A stretch of 63,389 nt of DNA, filler included, from Octopus bimaculoides (taxonomy: Eukaryota), in assembly GCF_001194135.2 (NCBI RefSeq). It is 6 parts of 5 records of this genome, joined end to end, with 100 filler letters (N's around TTAATTAATTAA, not from the genome) between each part and the next. Parts side by side here need not be neighbours in the genome. Positions count along the whole stretch, not along the records: positions 50,185 to 58,472 come from NC_068987.1; positions 58,573 to 62,141 come from NC_069004.1; positions 62,242 to 63,389 come from NW_026374849.1; 3 more parts are not named here. One strand, 5' to 3'. Shown in pieces: positions 50,703 to 63,389 of this stretch. The position numbers were made by a program, and so were the translations under genes. The number at the start of each line of letters is the position of its first letter. The stretch's first letter is position 1. Below the pieces are notes generated by a model. The model worked only from the letters and a program-made list of their open reading frames with translations, was not told the origin of the DNA and ran no database searches.

Positions 50703-53139
50703 AAATTACGAAAAGTAGCGTGAACAATAATTTTACAATTGTTTCGTCGGCATTCATACTCAACAATGTTGCTTTATTATTATATTATACACGCAAATAT
50801 ACATATAAGATGTCTCAGTATTTTGATACACACAATTGTCGACTAACCAGAATCATATAATGAAACATACATACATATATATATGTATATACTCAAACCA
50901 CCAGTAAACTGGTTTGAGTTGAGTATCACCAGTACAGTGAAATGCAACGAAGTTTCTCTAGACGCCAGGTAGTGGTGGTATTGGCACCAACAATAAATTA
51001 AGATTAATGCCATATAGGCCATTTTGAGATTTGAACCCAAAACTGAAAGTGTCGGAAAAATTAACGCAAATCATTTTGTGTGACATCCTCAATGTTTCTC
51101 CAAATTACCACCCTCGATTAGCACATCCTATTATCGATTTACAGAATGAGGATTGGTAAAACTGATATCGGCAGAATTTGAAGTCAGAGTGCATAAAAAC
51201 TGAAGAAACTTATTGAGGTATTTCACTCAGTACTCTCTATCGACTACGCCAAATCACTGCCTAATATAGCACCTAATAATGAAAATTTCATGCATCATTA
51301 TATCAATTATGATAGCATGCGCTTTACTATAAACTGTTGAAGCAGTAGTCATCTGTGGTTAAATACACTACCCAGAGTTCATGTACAACAAACCTATATC
51401 TCACTAATCAATATTATGTAGTTACTGTTACGTTTTGTTATGCTAACGAGAGTTATCGTGACAGAAATTTATTTACAGTTCTCACCATATCACTAGAGGT
51501 CAAATTCTATCTTGCACCCTATTGTATTATATACTTAATTAAATATTACTTGAATTCCGGATTTATCATCTCCGCCCTTACAGAAGAATTAGTCATTTAT
51601 ATAATTCATGTCCATTTTTATCACTGAGGTTATTATTTTTATTAATTAAAATCTATTGTTTCATAACACCAAGAATGGTAGCAGCCATTTCAAGAGAGAG
51701 AATCATTACGTGTATTTGTTGATATATTTCAGTTGTCAGAAACAGCCTTTTTGGTGGTTCACACATTCAGATTTTTCTCTTTTGTGTTAAAAGTGCGAAG
51801 TTCACGTTTGTTCTTCATTGTTTCTTATATATATATTATTTTTAGTTTTGTATCAGTCATTGGACTACGGACACACTGGAGCACCGCCTTGAAGTGTCTT
51901 AATGAAACAAACCGACATCAATACTTATTATTTTCTTTAGGCCTGGTAATTATTCTATTGGCCACTTTTGCGAACCACTAATTATAGGAACATAAAGAAA
52001 GCAACTCCACTTGTGAGGCGGCGGGGAGTATAAACACAACGCTATTATTGATTTAATCATTGATACTGTTTTCCACATTATCCGTGTAGTTATTATTATT
52101 ACTAGTCATATAATATTTATTTTGGTTTTATTATTTGTGTTTACTAGGTTTCAACCAATGAATTCTTTAGTTCGCTTAAAACCATATACTGCCATAATTT
52201 CGGCTAGATTCCTAGTCGCCGAAAAGGAAAACCTAATCGCATGCCGCTTCAAAATGTGATTGCACCTGCTCGATGGCGGAAAGTGTCTACCTAAAGCAGC
52301 GAAAGACTTTACAGGTATATGTGTGGCTGTCTGAGTTCCAAAGAGTGCATTATACCATAATATAAGTCTAGAGCTAGCTTTTTTTTTTTCTTATGGGGTG
52401 ATCACCGTTTTTATTAACAGCCTCATTTTGATATTTACTGTATGTTTTTTTAGTTATTACTACGTTTTTTATGGGTGTTCACTTAAACTTATATCACTAT
52501 TAATTATACGACTGTTCTTACTATTGTGATGTTCGGCACGAAAGACTGAAAATCGCATTATCGTTGTCCTGATTTTTTGCCTTATGTTCACGTTTTGATT
52601 ACCTATATCAATTTGATCCATAATATTTACCTTATTCGTCTGTTCCTTAATTTCATTATTAAGGATAGATGTTAACAGGGACTATTTAATACTTGAATCT
52701 TCAGTTCACTTCATACACCCAGTTTGATAAACCCTTGAGAAAAGCTGCAAGGTAACGTCTAGCTTGGTTGGATATGAACTTCAAATTAACCAAGTAAATT
52801 CATATAAACGCTACATCAAATGACACAAGAGCACCTATCCAACAGAAACATGTGTCGGTTTGGAATTTAATGAGAAAAATACTGTAATAAATAATTTTTG
52901 AAGATGTATAATTCTCCATTCTTCTTTATAATGTCATGATTATTATCCTTTGTACACTGTATGAAATCCAATGAAGTGAAGTCAGGGTTTATCAACTGTG
53001 TGAAGTTCCGTTTAATTGTTTGTCTTAAAATAATTCTGTGTTCTGTATCATTCGATGTGATAAGCCAGATTTGGATTCTATCCGAGTGCTAATAAATAAA
53101 TTACGTGCTCGGATTGCTCATCGTTATTCCTTTACTACA

Positions 53140-53176
<37 letters not shown>

Positions 53177-53219
53177 GTGCTGTTCGACATTACTGCTGTT
53201 TTAACCCCAGGCAGATCCT

Positions 53220-53260
53220 CCGCCAGCTGGTTACCGGTGCAACATGTAACCAGCTGGCGG
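53220..53260. repeat. Perfect 15-bp inverted repeat with 11-nt spacer
   Basis: CCGCCAGCTGGTTAC-cggtgcaacat-GTAACCAGCTGGCGG. Confidence 0.92.
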
Positions 53261-53594
53261 TTACAGCACCCTGTATATATACGGCGGATCTCTTTCAGCT
53301 TCCCTCCTACGAAATTGACTCACGGCGTTTCGGTCGATTCTGAGTATTAATACAAGTTACTTGCCGAAGGTGAGACTAACCGAAGATTACGTCGTTCGAA
53401 AGCTAACTTCTTAACCCCACAGCCACATGTTTCAACTCAGTGGGTTAATTGTTTTTATTAATGCCACTGATTTCTCACCGTTCGAAAGTGGCACCAAGCA
53501 ATCGGATCCCACAAGTCCTGCAAAATTATAAGGACTATTCCTTCTTCCAAGCTCAGCAAGGGAAAAGAAAAAAGAAAAACGTATTTATAAGGTA

Positions 53595-54880
53595 CGAGGG
53601 GTGTACTAAAAGTCTTGAGCCTCAAAAAAAAAACAGTACAAGACTTCTGATGATTTATTTTTCAGCATAGTCCCCTTCGATGGTTGAACACTTTCTCCAG
53701 CGGAGCTGAAGCGCCATTATCCTGGCGTAGAGGAACTCTTTTGTTTGAAACTCCAAGAAACTTCCTACAGTGTCTATGACGTCATTGTCACTGGCAAAAT
53801 AGCGACCAGCCAGGGCTTCTTTTCAATTTTGGGAATAGATGAAAGTCAGAGGGGGCTAAGTCTGGCCAATAAGGCGGATGGGGAGCAAGTTCGTATCCAC
53901 AATCACGAATTGTTGCCATGGTAACCACTGAGGTGTGGGCTGGAGCATTGGCGTGATGAAAAAGGACTCTTCTGGTGAGCATTCCCGGCCTTTTTTCTTT
54001 GATTGCTTCTCGGAGGCGTTTCAGTAGCTGAGAATAATAGAAGCCCTGTCATGGTGTGACTCTTTTCAAGGTAATCGATCAGCAAGACACCTTGAGAATT
54101 CCCAAAAACTCATGCCATGACCTTGCCAGCTGAAAGAATGACCCTGGCCTTCTTTCGGGTAGGGGAAGATGTGTGCTTCCACTGCTTTGTTCTTTGGTTT
54201 CAGGCTGGTAGTGATGAACCCAAATTTCGTCCATAGTAATGAAACAATCAAGACAATTCTCTTCATCAGCTTGAAACAGTTCCAGATTGCTCGTGGATTA
54301 AGTGCACCTGGTGCATTTCTGTTCAGGAGTCAAAAGGCGAGGGACCCACCTTGCAGAAACCTTTGAAAACCCAAGTTCTTTTGTCACAATGTTGTCTGCT
54401 CTTTCAGTTAAGATGCCCAGTCACTTGGCTATCTGACGACATGATATTCGACGATTTTGCATTATCATACCAAGAGCAAGGTCAAAGTTGTCCTTGGTGG
54501 TTTTAGTTGGAGGTCTCCCTGGTCTGGGATCATCTTCCACACTCTCCCCGCCACGCTTGAATTCATTTACCAGCGTTTGTCTGTTGCACATGAAGGAGCA
54601 TTATCTGTTAAGGTTCTCACTATATCTTCATGGAATGCTGATGGAGTCATACCTTACAAATGAAGCTACTTTATGACAGCACGATACTCAGTTTCCTGCA
54701 TTTTCCTTGTGACTGCGACACTTGTTTATTCAAAACTCTGCAACAAAAAACAATTAAAATATCAGAATCATGAAAATGAGCAAGAATACTCCGAAAAGAC
54801 TGTACTTAACAGAAAAAATTGTTTCAGCTACTTAGCAGGCCCGTTTCTAGGTTAGGCTCAAAATTTTCATACACCCCTTG
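53595..54880 (-). mobile_element. Full-length (1286 bp) mariner element with pseudogenised transposase
   Basis: TA on both flanks. Imperfect TIRs CGAGGGGTGTACTAAAAGTCTTGAGCCT / revcomp CAAGGGGTGTATGAAAATTTTGAGCCT. Transposase from ATG 54701 (MQETEYRAVIK*) with TMDETWVHHY, LFHHANAPAH and PYWPDLAPSDFHLF motifs; multiple stops and frameshifts. Confidence 0.93.
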
Positions 54881-55310
54881 TAAGTACAAAGGTCATCATC
54901 ATTCATAGAATATATCGCATTAATATCGCTTCAATATCCCATACAAAAGAAATATCAGTGAATGCAGTGCCGAAATAAAATTATGAGAAATACAGATTTT
55001 CCACGCGTAAATATATTTTACAACACTGTATCACCGTAAACAAGCGTATCTGTGACTTTCTTTTTCAGTCATTGAATGACCGCAGGGAAGGTAGCAGACA
55101 GTTTTGTCTAAAGTAGTGATTCTGGCAACTTCAAGCGCTGAACTAGATTCAAATCCTTTTTCTGTAATCAAGCTATCACATGCTTGGTGTAGGTTATCTT
55201 CTGTGCATTCATGTAGGGGATGGAGGTGTTTGTCTCTGTGTGTGTGTGTGAGTGTGTGTGTGTGTGTGAGTGTGTGTGTGTATGTGTGAGTGTGTGTGTG
55301 TGTGTGTGTA

Positions 55311-55342
<32 letters not shown>

Positions 55343-56639
55343 CGTGTCTGAGTGTGTTCCTATTTGTATCTGCATATGTCCGATGCGTGTCTGTATTCCA
55401 AAGAGTACTGTGTCATTTATAAAAAGGGATACAAGACATTCCCCAGCCTTTCTTTCCACCTGCCTGCTCATTAGCCACTACGATGTTCGACTCGCAATGG
55501 TTCCACTGGAATGGCCTGAGATAGCTAAATAAAGATTATGCATGCTTAGACAAGCAACAAGCCACTAGCGCCTTGCAAAGTCAACTTGTTATATCAATTT
55601 GGCTTCCTGTAGTTACTTGAATACAAACACCGTCATTCTAGTAGCATGTTAATGACATACATACATATATACACACATACAAGCATACATACATACATAC
55701 ATACATACATACATACAAATATATACATATATATATATATATATATATTTGCATCTGATGTAGTAAGTCAAAGATTGGATTTCAGTTATTTGGAAGTTGC
55801 TTAACAGCAATTGTTCATGCTTTGAAGTTATTGATATGTCCCCAAGAGCTTATTAGAGAGTTGAATATCTGTACATTTTACTCAGCGTTTACATAAGATA
55901 TAGAAGATGTGACGGAAAACTGGTATTTACATTACACCTAATATAATATCCGATTATGCGACGCAAGCTCTTGGTAATTTTCTTCTTGTTTTATTATCTA
56001 CCAGAGTTAATTTCTACTATTATCCTTTTCTTTATGCCACTGCATTATTTCTGCTCTTTTATATCAGTAGTTTACAGAGATTGACAAGATCATTCCATCA
56101 GTATTCTTTCATCGTATGAGCAAGTTTAATTTCTAATTACAGCAGCTTGAATATTTATCTTGATTACTTGCTTTCCTTGTTGTATTGTATCGTCTTTTGA
56201 CATCATACCTCATATGTAACTAAAATTGTGATAGTGGTTATCGAATTAATGTTGGCACGTATTTTATAATATTTATTTGAGGTTTTCTGATTCACGGAAT
56301 GTTCTGCATAAAATTGATGCATAACATTCTATGAATCAGAAAAACTCTAATAAATTCATATATTAGAAATCCTGATTATGATAGTACAACCAAATTTTCT
56401 AAAATTTAGATTTATTTCATTTCACCTGACATGCTGCTTTGTATAATAAGATATAGATTTACTCAATAATTGTTTACATACTTGTTTCTCTCACAGCAAG
56501 ACTTTCCAATATCAACTTTGTTCTCAATAATATTTGATAGTATCATAAATCATCTCCATGTTAGTCGATCCATTTGAGAGTTCTGAATAAAGCTCAACTG
56601 TTTCATTTTCTTTGTCTACTCCCACTCGGCTCTTGAATT

Positions 56640-57110
56640 CACTTCGTCCACCTGCGACACTTCTCTTAACCCCTGTGTTATCTCTGATATCATTTTTTCC
56701 CGTCGATCAATCCTACTTCGACATTGATACTTCTGCTCTTTTATACAAACTTACTGATCGCCACTGATATCTTGACTTCTGTCTATCCTCATCTAACTAA
56801 CACCAAACGCATCATCACCTAATATAAACTCCTTCGCCTCCGCAATCCTCTGTAGTTAAGACCATTAATTCGAGACGAACGTTCAGCGCATGTCTCGGTT
56901 ACTTAACGACACGAATACTCACACGAAATTCAAACAACCCTCATACGCACCCACGAAATCATTCATACAAATACTTTCTAACTTCACGCCCGATCCATAA
57001 CATACCGTCTTCCTTTTCTATCTACCTTACATCAACAATACTTCAGATTCTTCCAATTCCAACCGCTCATTTGCCATCTCTACCCCAATCTACCTCGTCT
57101 TACGTTTAAA
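56640..57110 (+). mobile_element. Penelope-like RT fragment
   Basis: LLYKLTDRH*YLDF and YKLLRLR match the PLE motifs LY.KPTD...YL.F and SQ.LR.RRIC. Confidence 0.55.
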
Positions 57111-58390
57111 ATCGCATCTGAAACATACTAAACTTAAAATGCAATAGCTGGATTAGTGATTCGGTAATAGTAGTAGCACTGCCACTTAGATTTCATCTTC
57201 GGTTACCTGGAATTTAGTTTATTGCATTATGTAGGTGCATCTATTTCTTTTACTTGTTTCAGACATATGACTGCAGCCATGCAGGGACATCGCCTTGAGG
57301 GTTTAGTCGAAAATATCGACCCATGACTCATTTTTTTTTTTTTTTTTGGTAAGCCTAGTACTTATTATATAGGTCTTTTTCGACAAACCGCTAATTTCCA
57401 GGGATACAANNNNNNNNNNNNNNNNNNNNNNNNNNNNNNNNNNNNNNNNNNNNNNNNNNNNNNNNNNNNNNNNNNNNNNNNNNNNNNNNNNNNNNNNNNN
57501 NNNNNNNNNNNNNNNNNNNNNNNNNNNNNNNNNNNNNNNNNNNNNNNNNNNNNNNNNNNNNNNNNNNNNNNNNNNNNNNNNNNNNNNNNNNNNNNNNNNN
57601 NNNNNNNNNNNNNNNNNNNNNNNNNNNNNNNNNNNNNNNNNNNNNNNNNNNNNNNNNNNNNNNNNNNNNNNNNNNNNNNNNNNNNNNNNNNNNNNNNNNN
57701 NNNNNNNNNNNNNNNNNNNNNNNNNNNNNNNNNNNNNNNNNNNNNNNNNNNNNNNNNNNNNNNNNNNNNNNNNNNNNNNNNNNNNNNNNNNNNNNNNNNN
57801 NNNNNNNNNNNNNNNNNNNNNNNNNNNNNNNNNNNNNNNNNNNNNNNNNNNNNNNNNNNNNNNNNNNNNNNNNNNNNNNNNNNNNNNNNNNNNNNNNNNN
57901 NNNNNNNNNNNNNNNNNNNNNNNNNNNNTATATATATATGTGTGTGTGTACTGGTGTTTTTGGTGAGACGTATACGCGAAGTTGCTTTCATATACGTATG
58001 TGTCTATTTGCATACAGTAGTCAAATGCGCATATGAGTGGATATATATTGTTAGCACTTGCGTTTTGTGTAGCACATAATTTGAGTACGAGTAATACTCT
58101 CAAGTCATAACTATACCAAGCGATTATTTTCGATTGTCATATTTATATGCTGTAATTATGGGAAATAAAGAGCATTTTAGGATATTCAATGGAGTATCAC
58201 ACAATAGTTATAAATACAATTCACAGAATGTTTTAAATCCAGTATAAAATGCGTTTACACAGGAAAATTTTCAGCAATTCCTTGATCATTTGAAGCAATC
58301 AAATAACTGAAATGCATATTTACATATATTGAGTTCTCTCTTCACATATATGTGAGTGCATGTGTGCGTGTGTTGCACTCTCCCTCGCTC

Positions 58391-58472
<82 letters not shown>

Positions 58473-58571
58473 NNNNNNNNNNNNNNNNNNNNNNNNNNNN
58501 NNNNNNNNNNNNNNNNTTAATTAATTAANNNNNNNNNNNNNNNNNNNNNNNNNNNNNNNNNNNNNNNNNNN

Positions 58572-58572
58572 N

Positions 58573-58653
<81 letters not shown>

Positions 58654-59030
58654 TTCAGTTTCTGTGTGTATGTGTTTCTGTTTCTCTCTCTCGCTCTCGC
58701 TCTCTCTCTGTTTGTGTGTGTGTGTGTGTGTGTGTGTACGTTTGTATTTGTGTGTGTGTGTGTTTGTGTTTAAGTGTGAATGTTGGATGAATGCGTGTGC
58801 ATGTGTTTGTGTGTGAGTATGTATGTGTGTATATGTGCAGTATGTGTGTATGCGTGCGTGTTTGCATTTGTGTGTCTGTGGGTGCCAGCATATCTGTGTG
58901 CATGCGAGTGTACGCATGTGTGTATATATTTATGTGAGTTCATGTATATGTATTGGTTATGTGTATGTATGTGTGTGTGCGCGTGAGTATGTGTGCATGT
59001 GTGGGGTGTGTGTGTGAGTGAGTGTGGGTG
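58572..59030. repeat. (TC)n followed by degenerate (TG)n low-complexity tract
   Basis: Read directly. Confidence 0.9.
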
Positions 59031-59253
59031 TGAATATATACTTGTTTTGAGCTAATTTGTATAAAATTCCACTCGTAGCCCTATAAAGCTCCGGTTTGGT
59101 GAGTTTTTATTTATTTATTTATTTATTCATATTTGTATTTTATAAACCACTTAGTGAGAGAGGGAGCGGCAACACCCAAGGCATTTTATTTCTTCGGAGT
59201 TTCATAAGACTCCAAATGAGGATATGAGGAGAGGTGCACTCTCAAACTAAAGA

Positions 59254-59290
<37 letters not shown>

Positions 59291-59843
59291 TATATATNNN
59301 NNNNNNNNNNNNNNNNNNNNNNNNNNNNNNNNNNNNNNNNNNNNNNNNNNNNNNNNNNNNNNNNNNNNNNNNNNNNNNNNNNNNNNNNNNNNNNNNNNNN
59401 NNNNNNNNNNNNNNNNNNNNNNNNNNNNNNNNNNNNNNNNNNNNNNNNNNNNNNNNNNNNNNNNNNNNNNNNNNNNNNNNNNNNNNNNNNNNNNNNNNNN
59501 NNNNNNNNNNNNNNNNNNNNNNNNNNNNNNNNNNNNNNNNNNNNNNNNNNNNNNNNNNNNNNNNNNNNNNNNNNNNNNNNNNNNNNNNNNNNNNNNNNNN
59601 NNNNNNNNNNNNNNNNNNNNNNNNNNNNNNNNNNNNNNNNNNNNNNNNNNNNNNNNNNNNNNNNNNNNNNNNNNNNNNNNNNNNNNNNNNNNTTTATTTA
59701 TTTATTTATTCATATTTGTATTTTATAAACCACTTAGTGAGAGAGGGAGCGGCAACACCCAAGGCATTTTATTTCTTCGGAGTTTCATAAGACTCCAAAT
59801 GAGGATATGAGGAGAGGTGCACTCTCAAACTAAAGAATATATA

Positions 59844-60313
59844 TAAGGTGCGGCGAACAAACTGTCGTCTACTACGTGACACAAACAATGAAAATAACAC
59901 CGACATCTCATTTTAACAGATATATTAACCAAAATTACTTTTAAATATCTTGAAATACTAAAGAGTAAATTCATTCAATAAAATCGCCATTGGCTTCAAC
60001 CACGGCCTCCAGACGTCTTCGGAATCTCCTGCAACTCTTCTGGTCGGTCTCCTTGTTTAAGTTGGTGAATGCTGCCATAATCCTTGCCTTCTGTTCATCT
60101 TTGGTGTTACAAGGAGCTTTGTTGGTCTTTCGCCAAGCATTACAGCATGTCGTTTCCAAATTTCTGGCTGAGTGAATTGTGTTATGGTGCCGTTTTTCTT
60201 ACAGACAGTGCCCAACTGATCCTACAGTACTGCATAGTCAACAAAATCAAAAACAATGTGCATGCACGAAATTAAAAATATAAGAATGGTGACAATTTTC
60301 CCATCGCACCTTG
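59844..60313 (-). mobile_element. Non-autonomous Tc1/mariner-superfamily element (470 bp)
   Basis: TA flanks; TIRs TAAGGTGCGGCG.. / revcomp CAAGGTGCGATG... Keeps only the transposase C-terminus KTNKAPCNTKDEQKARI..CRRFRRRLEAVVEANGDFIE. Confidence 0.85.
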
Positions 60314-60656
60314 TATATGTGTGTGTGTGTATGTGTGTGTGTGCATGCAGGTATATATCTATGTATCTGTGTTTGTATAACTATGTGTGTATATACGCAC
60401 ATATATACTTATATATGTGCATATATATGTTTGTAAATGTATATGTGCTTAAGTTATCTAATTTTTAGAGTCATTACGGTCAAGTTCATGCTGGAGCTTC
60501 ACCTTACATATCCGTGTGTGTACATGTGTATGTATATGTATGTTTATGCATGTACATATGTGTATCTATATAGATGTTCGTGCTTGTATGTCTGTCTGTC
60601 TGTGTGTCCACTTCATTTCTATGAGCTCCCATCAAGTACACCCTTCTTCACGTGTT

Positions 60657-60657
60657 C

Positions 60658-60717
<60 letters not shown>

Positions 60718-60734
60718 AATAATAATAATAATAA
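60657..60734. repeat. (AAC)n(AAT)n microsatellite
   Basis: Read directly; explains the poly-Q/T ORFs. Confidence 0.97.
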
Positions 60735-61156
60735 CGAAATAAGCTAAAGTGGCTGGTAATTACATCATACTGATGACCTGGTGTCTAGGAGTTGAAAGTT
60801 CAAGTGGGTGTCTAAGCTTAATTACACACAGACACACGCGCGCGCACACACACACACNNNNNNNNNNNNNNNNNNNNNNNNNNNNNNNNNNNNNNNNNNN
60901 NNNNNNNNNNNNNNNNNNNNNNNNNNNNNNNNNNNNNNNNNNNNNNNNNNNNNNNNNNNNNNNNNNNNNNNNNNNNNNNNNNNNNNNNNNNNNNNNNNNN
61001 NNNNNNNNNNNNNNNNNNNNNNNNNNNNNNNNNNNNNNNNNNNNNNNNNNNNNNNNCACACAAACACACACACAGACACGGCTTTTGAACACGCCTCTTC
61101 CATTCTTCTCCTTCCATATTATTATTATCTTCTACTCCTACTTCTCTTCTTTTTTC

Positions 61157-61322
61157 TTCATCATCATCAGCATCAGCATCATCATCATTATCATCATCAT
61201 CGTCTTCATTCTCATCATCGTCGTCGTCGTCATCAGCATCACCGTCGTCACTATCACCCGCATCACCATTATCATCATCATCATCATCATCGCTACCACC
61301 ACCACCTCCACTACCACCACCA
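61157..61322. repeat. (CAT/CGT/CAC)n compound microsatellite
   Basis: Read directly; explains the poly-H/D ORFs. Confidence 0.95.
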
Positions 61323-61429
61323 AGTTCTTTTAAAAGGCTTCGGTAAACTGAAGGACTGCTGCAATAAGTGTGAATCTGAGAGGGAAATATGTTGAATAAA
61401 ATCATAATTAATTAATCATAATTATTTTC

Positions 61430-62110
61430 TTTTACCCAAATCCAGGACCTTTTCAGCACCCCTACATACAGGATCGATAAGAAAGGGTGCTCTTGGCGGC
61501 GGACTGAGTGCGTTATTCGAAACGGTTCTCATCTGTAGCCATTTAGTTTGACCACCGAAAAAGATGTTTAGGACTTTGAAGTGACCGGAACTCTGAAAAC
61601 GAGATCGAAAGAAGATATACTGAATACAACTGCTTAACACTGAAGATCGATCTCATCGAAGGCTTTGGATTGATCTAAATGGCCCAAAGACTCACAAACT
61701 GCCCGGGTTATAACTCATCCTCTCTGCAGCGATTTACATGAGGTGAAGGTCATCTCTGACAGTTCTGCAAGCAATCGTGCGACTTTGCATCATGGCCGCC
61801 AACACTACCAACAACAAACGCTGTCAACTTCGTAAACGCCTTGGCTAAAATCTTTAACTCTGCTCTCAGCAGAGTTATCGGCAGGAAATCGTCGGTGTTG
61901 TCGTCCTTACTCGACAGCATCACCGCTCGTCAGTTAACACAACTGGGAACGTTCTGTAGTCTGTGTTGCTGTCAGTTGAGATAGACGCCTGCCATGCGAG
62001 GTGATGGCGAACATGTCCGACATGAATCCATAAAGATGATAGAGCAGACCACTTAACCCTTTCCAGAGCCACTCAACAGCCTGATCGATAGTTGCAACAA
62101 GGACACTGAA
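61430..62110 (-). mobile_element. Decayed Tx1/L1-clade RT fragment
   Basis: Minus-strand translation pieces GLLYHLYGFMSDMFA, DFLPITLLRAELKILAKA, HLDQSKAFDEID and EPFRITHSVR. Confidence 0.8.
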
Positions 62111-62241
62111 TATATATACACACACACACATATATATATACNNNNNNNNNNNNNNNNNNNNNNNNNNNNNNNNNNNNNNNNNNNNTTAATTAATTAANNN
62201 NNNNNNNNNNNNNNNNNNNNNNNNNNNNNNNNNNNNNNNNN

Positions 62242-63010
62242 GATAGCAGACTTTGTTAGGATAAGGAATAACGTGCCCCTATATGTGAACACTATGAAGT
62301 AAAGAAACATATACAGAACTTCATGCACCACATGCAATTCTCTGGATATGACCAAAAAGATAGTATTTGTGTATACAGGGGAGCTTGAAAGAAGTTTGGT
62401 AATGTTGTATGTAATAAAACCAGTGGTACCCACCCTAGATACAGAGGTAAAGACTGGAATAGTATTCAGAGTGTTTGTGACAAAGCAGAGTGAACACATG
62501 GTACAGGNNNNNNNNNNGACAAATATCAAGGAGTGATGCTTGTAGAGACCACACCCATTAGGGAACTAGCTGGTAGATTTAGAAAGCTTTGAAGGAAACT
62601 GAACTCAACATTAAGATCATTGAAAAGCCAGGGAGATCACAGTTATATAGAATGTAGCCCTTCAAAAATACCACATGTACTAATGAGAACTGCATGGTAT
62701 GTAAGATTCACCCTGGCATTAACTGTAGAACTAGAAATGTAGTCTACACCATAAGGTTCATAGAGAATGCTTGTAAGAACAAAAACCATGCTATACATTG
62801 GAGAAGTATTGTGGAGAGAATAAATGCACACTTGAGGCAATATGATGACAAAAAGCAGTCCTCCATACTCTACCAACATGGAGGTATGCTGGGCCAACTT
62901 GACATCTACATTTTATCCAAGCACCAGAAGAATCCATCACTCAGACAAATACAGGAGTACGTCCTCATAAAGGAAACGTTCCCTATACTAAATAGGAAAT
63001 ACACATAGAA
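62242..63010 (+). mobile_element. Penelope-like element 3' part with Cys-rich linker and GIY-YIG endonuclease
   Basis: NFMHHMQFSGY, HPRYRGKDW, MLVETTP, IKIIEKPGRS, CTNENCMVC..NCRTRNVVYTI, (YIGE frameshifted) ERINAH, SILYQH, RQIQEYVLI, ILNRK. Confidence 0.75.
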
Positions 63011-63389
63011 GGTAATGATACCTCAACACTTACTTAATACATATAGGTACATTTGCCAGTAGGCTGTTAAGTAGGCAAATATGTATATATATACATGGGT
63101 AGGTTAATGGATATATGGGTAAGCAGATAGATACATAGGTAAATAGATAGATAGGTACATAGGTAATATGCACAGATACTCACACACACACAAAAAGGAG
63201 ACATAAGCACATGACAATATACACATACACACTCCACATGCATACACACAAAGACACATATGGAGACACATGTCCATACATAACAGACACATGTACATAG
63301 TCACACAAACTCATATGCATAGACATGCTCACACACACACAAGGAGACAGAGGTACACACACAAATACATACACACACATACAAACACA

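Noticed and set aside
51584-58260. Candidate exon 4 sites (51584, 51733, 52705, 52826, 55776, 58228)
   Set aside because: Each has the wrong phase, an early stop or a weak donor. An artificial join at 50085 also makes linkage to exon 3 uncertain.
59108-59843. Identical ~150-bp direct repeat on both sides of a gap (59108-59262 and 59693-59843)
   Set aside because: Most likely an unmerged contig overlap or haplotype redundancy; it cannot be told from a real tandem duplication without reads.
27946-62197. Recurrent palindrome TTAATTAATTAA (27946, 37962, 50129, 58517, 62186)
   Set aside because: Always centred in a 100-bp N block and has stops in all six frames, so it is an artificial scaffold linker.

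Overview
AT-rich eukaryotic draft-assembly sequence with many microsatellites and N-gaps. The SINE, LINE and MITE families look like those of an octopod cephalopod (Octopus-like); this is an inference from repeat motifs, and no search was run. There are no prokaryotic features, CRISPR arrays, rRNA genes or intact tRNA genes. Nearly all ORFs in the supplied track are microsatellite or gap artefacts or transposon fragments. Transposable elements: a near full-length but decayed Tx1/L1-clade LINE (~43.6-47.9 kb) plus two other Tx1 fragments, a 5'-truncated R4/Dong-type RLE retrotransposon, a CR1-like RT fragment, five Penelope-like fragments, three Tc1/mariner elements (one full length, 1286 bp), a hAT MITE with a perfect 8-bp TSD, several fold-back MITEs, and many tRNA-derived SINE copies in four families. 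The main non-repeat result is a three-exon, phase-consistent + strand gene model absent from the ORF track (38865-38898, 42840-42987, 49645-49790). It encodes a signal peptide and a six-cysteine, probably helical secreted domain, and its 3' end was not found. The window also holds a recurring set of perfect short-loop hairpins and locally templated inverted copies (6.3, 20.5, 26.4, 31.0, 34-35 and 53.2 kb).
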